Shown here piece after piece: positions 24,001 to 26,458 of a DNA stretch of 26,458 nucleotides (position 1 is its first letter; each line of letters starts with the position of its first letter). The stretch covers positions 1-26,458 of the forward strand of contig JAQGDQ010001761.1 in NCBI GenBank assembly GCA_030141605.1. Direction: 5' to 3'. This DNA comes from Tubiluchus corallicola (lineage: Eukaryota; Animalia; Priapulida). The notes beneath the pieces were generated by a model, which saw only the letters and a program-made list of their open reading frames with translations, ran no database searches and was not told the origin of the DNA. The position numbers were made by a program, and so were the translations under genes.

Positions 24001-26070
24001 CCCTCCTAGCAGAAGGTTATGCTCCCTCCTAGCAGAAGGTTATGCTTCCCTCCTAGCAGAAGGTTATGTACCCTCCTAGCAGAAGGTTATGCTTCCCTCC
24101 TAGCAGAAGGTTATGCTCCCTCCTAGAAAAAAGGTATGTACCCTCCTAGCAGAAGGTTATGCTCTCTCCTAGCAAAAGTTTATGTACATTCAATAATAAT
24201 AATTGCTTCTGTTTTTGTGTGCATAATAAGTTTTGTAACATTGTATTATATTAATCATGATATTACGATGTTTATTCATTTTTTTAAATTTCTGCAGGTG
24301 CTCACAGTCATCAAGGAAAACCCAAATATTTGCAAGCAAATTCACCTGCCAGCACAGAGTGGAAACTCAACAGTATTGACTGCAATGCGCAGAGGATACA
24401 CTAGAGACACCTATATAGACTTAGTCCATCATATTCGAAGTATTCTGCCAGGTAACTGTTATTGTCTGTTCATAGGTTATTGTGTTATGTTACAGTGTCT
24501 TAATGGCAGTGTGGTTTATCATATCACATTCACAGTATGCTGGCCTAAAATCTGGACTATTGTGTTTCTTTCACAAATTTGTTAAGTAATATTAATTTGC
24601 TGCTATATATGTTCTTATATTCATTTTTAATCATAATTAAAACATATTTTGTTGTGAAATAAATGAGTTACTAATAATAACTAATAATAATAAATAATAA
24701 TTATTTAAATTCACCAGCCTAGAACAATAATGATAGTAAAGTGGTTAGTCATTTCTAAAACAACTTTTGATAATTTTTTCCACAAATTCTTTTCGTTTTT
24801 GCAGAACAAAATGACTTTATAGGAAAAAAACATTTATTAAGTTTTAAACGAACCGTTAAAGAACTCGTATGTGTGTGTGTTACTTCTTAACATGGCTTCA
24901 AATTTTGTAATCGTATGTGTGTGTTACTTCTTAACATGGCTTCAAATTTTGTAATCGTATGTGTGAGTTACTTCTTAACATGGCTTCAAATTTTGTAATC
25001 GTATGTGTGAGTTACTTCTTAACATGGCTTCAAATTTTGTAATCGTATGTGTGTGTTACTTCTTAACATGGCTTCAAATTTTGTAATCGTATGTGAGTGT
25101 TACTTCTTAACATGGCTTCAAATTTTCTAATGTCTTTTTCAGGTGTTTTTTTATCAAGTGACTTCATCTGTGGTTTTTGTAACGAGACTGAAGAGGCTCA
25201 CGAAGACACGCTGTCACTTATTCGGCTAGTCAAATACAATTTTTGCTACATGTTTCCATTTAGTTTGAGAAAGGTGGGTGAAAAAATGAAGAAAAATAGA
25301 GAAATGTCGAGATTGGCTAGAAGTGTGAAGTGTTTTACGGTTGCCAACACCCTACCACTTAAGTATGACTGACTCGAAGTGTCACTTGTTTGGCAACTCG
25401 TTATCTTAATTTAGTGTTTATGAATTTATTTAAAAGCACTGATTAGCAGGGCCTATTTCAAGGGGGGGAGTGGGGATACTTCCCTGGGCCCTCACCCTCC
25501 AGGGAGGCCTCGAGCCGAGGTAACATTTTTTTGCTTTATGCGAACATAGTGCCTCCTCTCTCCCTCTCTCTCTCTCTCACTCTTGCCGCACGCGCGCCGT
25601 TTGCCAGTATTGACCAGTATTAAGGACTGGTCTTGAGAATAAAGCAGTTTTTCTTTCAATTGTTCTTTCCTTTAACAACTGTATAACTCCATATTTTCTC
25701 TTCGAAAATGCTTCTCCGGCGTTCCAGCAGTTCAAAAATTTTCTGCCCCCCTCAGGGGGCCTCACATGCCCCACTTCCCCGGGCCTAGCTTAGGCTGAAA
25801 TAGGCCCTGCTGATTAGCATCGATTTGTGATCAAGGTCGGATGAGAAAAATGTGAGCAGAATTTCAAAGATTATTGTACAGTTGTTACAAACGTTTTCAA
25901 TGTTTAATATCTTCTTGTAGAAGACTCACGCATATCACAAGCTAGAAGACAATGTGCCGCAACACGTCAAGGTTCGTCGGATGCAGGAAATTCTTGATTG
26001 TTTTCGACAAGAAGCTGAGAAGTTGAATGCGCAGCTTGTTGGCTCTGAACAGCTGGTGTTAATTGAAGGA
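11962..26070 (+). CDS. CDK5RAP1: CDK5RAP1, MiaB-type mitochondrial tRNA methylthiotransferase (radical SAM), 3'-partial: join(11962..12023,16738..16901,17682..17785,18094..18235,19274..19484,21697..21817,22189..22337,22974..23064,24298..24451,25143..25273,25921..26070) = 493 codons
   Basis: MTTase N-domain cysteines GCQMN, TCAIRE and GCMAERLK; radical SAM motif CDNMCSYC followed by [12 protein letters not shown]; [24 protein letters not shown] and SDFICGFC. All junctions are GT-AG and in phase. The TRAM domain only begins at the last exon. Confidence 0.95.
13470..16155 (-). mobile_element. Degenerate CR1/L2-group LINE (end of APE domain, RT, 3'UTR), antisense within CDK5RAP1 intron 1
   Basis: Fragmented ORFs with IDNIFTN..TDHLPVF (APE), [30 protein letters not shown] (RT), LNPTKTK and KFL; AATAAA near 13480 on minus. 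Confidence 0.92.
16738..16901 (+). CDS. CDK5RAP1: CDK5RAP1 exon 2 ([13 protein letters not shown]...[15 protein letters not shown])
   Basis: Acceptor ttttcag (CAGAAG NAGNAG), donor gtagta; the PYL...G..RK|V segment precedes the MTTase domain in this family. Confidence 0.8.
16925..17518. mobile_element. piggyBac-like MITE with TTAA TSD
   Basis: TTAA|CCCTTTCACTACG ... CGTAGCAAAAGAG|TTAA; TIR matches 10/13. Confidence 0.7.
17682..17785 (+). CDS. CDK5RAP1: CDK5RAP1 exon 3 ([22 protein letters not shown]...LQE)
   Basis: GCQMN motif; canonical splice sites. Confidence 0.95.
18094..18235 (+). CDS. CDK5RAP1: CDK5RAP1 exon 4 ([20 protein letters not shown]...RIGVL)
   Basis: TCAIRE motif; tttcag/gtaag. 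Confidence 0.95.
18328..18417. repeat. 45-bp perfect tandem duplication
   Basis: aaacaagatttataagtatttactaataggtcaagggtcagctgt x2. Confidence 0.92.
19274..19484 (+). CDS. CDK5RAP1: CDK5RAP1 exon 5 (GCMAERLK...[10 protein letters not shown]...LSLDETYAD)
   Basis: Conserved motifs; ttag/gtgagt. Confidence 0.96.
19685..20330 (-). mobile_element. LINE 3' fragment (RTE-X-like post-RT region), antisense in a CDK5RAP1 intron
   Basis: [20 protein letters not shown] frameshifted to [35 protein letters not shown]; AATAAA (19718-19713) and a short tandem tail. Confidence 0.78.
21697..21817 (+). CDS. CDK5RAP1: CDK5RAP1 exon 6, radical SAM CxxxCxxC motif
   Basis: [24 protein letters not shown]; ttttag/gtgaag. 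Confidence 0.97.
22189..22337 (+). CDS. CDK5RAP1: CDK5RAP1 exon 7 ([17 protein letters not shown]...[13 protein letters not shown])
   Basis: Manual translation; LLGQNVNS motif; tttttag/gtgaat. Confidence 0.95.
22974..23064 (+). CDS. CDK5RAP1: CDK5RAP1 exon 8 (FAELL...[16 protein letters not shown])
   Basis: RFTSPHP motif; tgtag/gtacat. Confidence 0.95.
23672..24205. repeat. 23-24-bp minisatellite, about 23 copies
   Basis: Unit CTAGCAGAAGRTTATGYWCCYTC. Confidence 0.96.
24298..24451 (+). CDS. CDK5RAP1: CDK5RAP1 exon 9 ([22 protein letters not shown]...MRRGYTR)
   Basis: HLPAQSG and MRRGY motifs; ctgcag/gtaact. Confidence 0.96.
24866..25131. repeat. 44-bp tandem repeat x6 abutting the exon 10 acceptor
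   Basis: cgtatgtgtgwgttacttcttaacatggcttcaaattttgtaat. Confidence 0.95.
25143..25273 (+). CDS. CDK5RAP1: CDK5RAP1 exon 10 ([18 protein letters not shown]...MFPFSLRK)
   Basis: SDFIxGFxxET motif; tttcag/gtgggt. Confidence 0.95.
25447..25809. mobile_element. hAT-family MITE, 363 bp
   Basis: Perfect 14-bp TIR CAGGGCCTATTTCA; perfect 8-bp TSD CTGATTAG at 25439-25446 and 25810-25817. Confidence 0.95.
25921..26070 (+). CDS. CDK5RAP1: CDK5RAP1 exon 11 ([20 protein letters not shown]...QLVLIEG), start of TRAM domain
   Basis: Manual translation; ttgtag/gtaagt; the gene continues beyond the window. Confidence 0.93.
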
Positions 26071-26331
26071 GTAAGTTGATTTTAGTAGGTGATTCAAAAA
26101 AAAATAAGAAAAACAAACCGTGGCTGCCTTAACCTAGAATGACCCAGAATTCTTTCATACATTAGCTTTATTCATTTTTTATTTTACGTAGTTAGTTAGT
26201 TAGCTAGTTATATTAGTTAGTTAGTCAGTCAGTTAGTCAGTTACTGTATATAGTTATGTACAAGTCGAATTTTTGGGAGGCGATTTTAAGGTGAAATTTT
26301 TGGGGTCGACTTATACTTACGATATGTTTTT

Positions 26332-26458
26332 TGACTTGTACCACCACTTTGCATTAGTTTACCCAGTTGCTGTGGTTGTGACTTGTACCACCACTTTGCA
26401 TTAGTTTACCCAGTTGCTGTGGTTGTGACTTGTACCACCACTTTGCATTAGTTTACTG
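26332..26458. repeat. 47-bp tandem repeat, 2.7 copies to the window edge
   Basis: tgacttgtaccaccactttgcattagtttacccagttgctgtggttg at 26332, 26379 and 26426. Confidence 0.93.

Noticed and set aside
17682-26070. Assignment as CDKAL1/MtaB, which would form a direct t6A-to-ms2t6A pathway with YRDC
   Set aside because: Motifs [13 protein letters not shown] and [21 protein letters not shown] are MiaB/CDK5RAP1-type

Overview
AT-rich, intron-rich eukaryotic (probably invertebrate animal) genomic DNA, not prokaryotic. It holds two divergently transcribed tRNA position-37 modification genes. YRDC/Sua5 (threonylcarbamoyl-AMP synthase) is on the minus strand with 4 phase-consistent coding exons at 773-7044. 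CDK5RAP1 (MiaB-type mitochondrial tRNA methylthiotransferase) is on the plus strand with 11 exons at ~11962-26070 and continues past the window. Introns and the spacer are full of mobile DNA: four LINE relics (CR1/L2-like, R4/Dong-like, RTE-X-like, and a zinc-knuckle 3' fragment), several MITEs with TIRs/TSDs, a foldback element and many minisatellites. Most notable: (i) the head-to-head YRDC/CDK5RAP1 pair; (ii) a sense LINE 3' fragment fused in frame to a YRDC exon, with its Cys/His knuckle segment amplified 6x and its own poly(A) signal; (iii) a 40-bp intronic array carrying about 30 MARE/ARE-type sites plus CCAAT boxes. All calls were made by eye; TE family names and the first exons are tentative.
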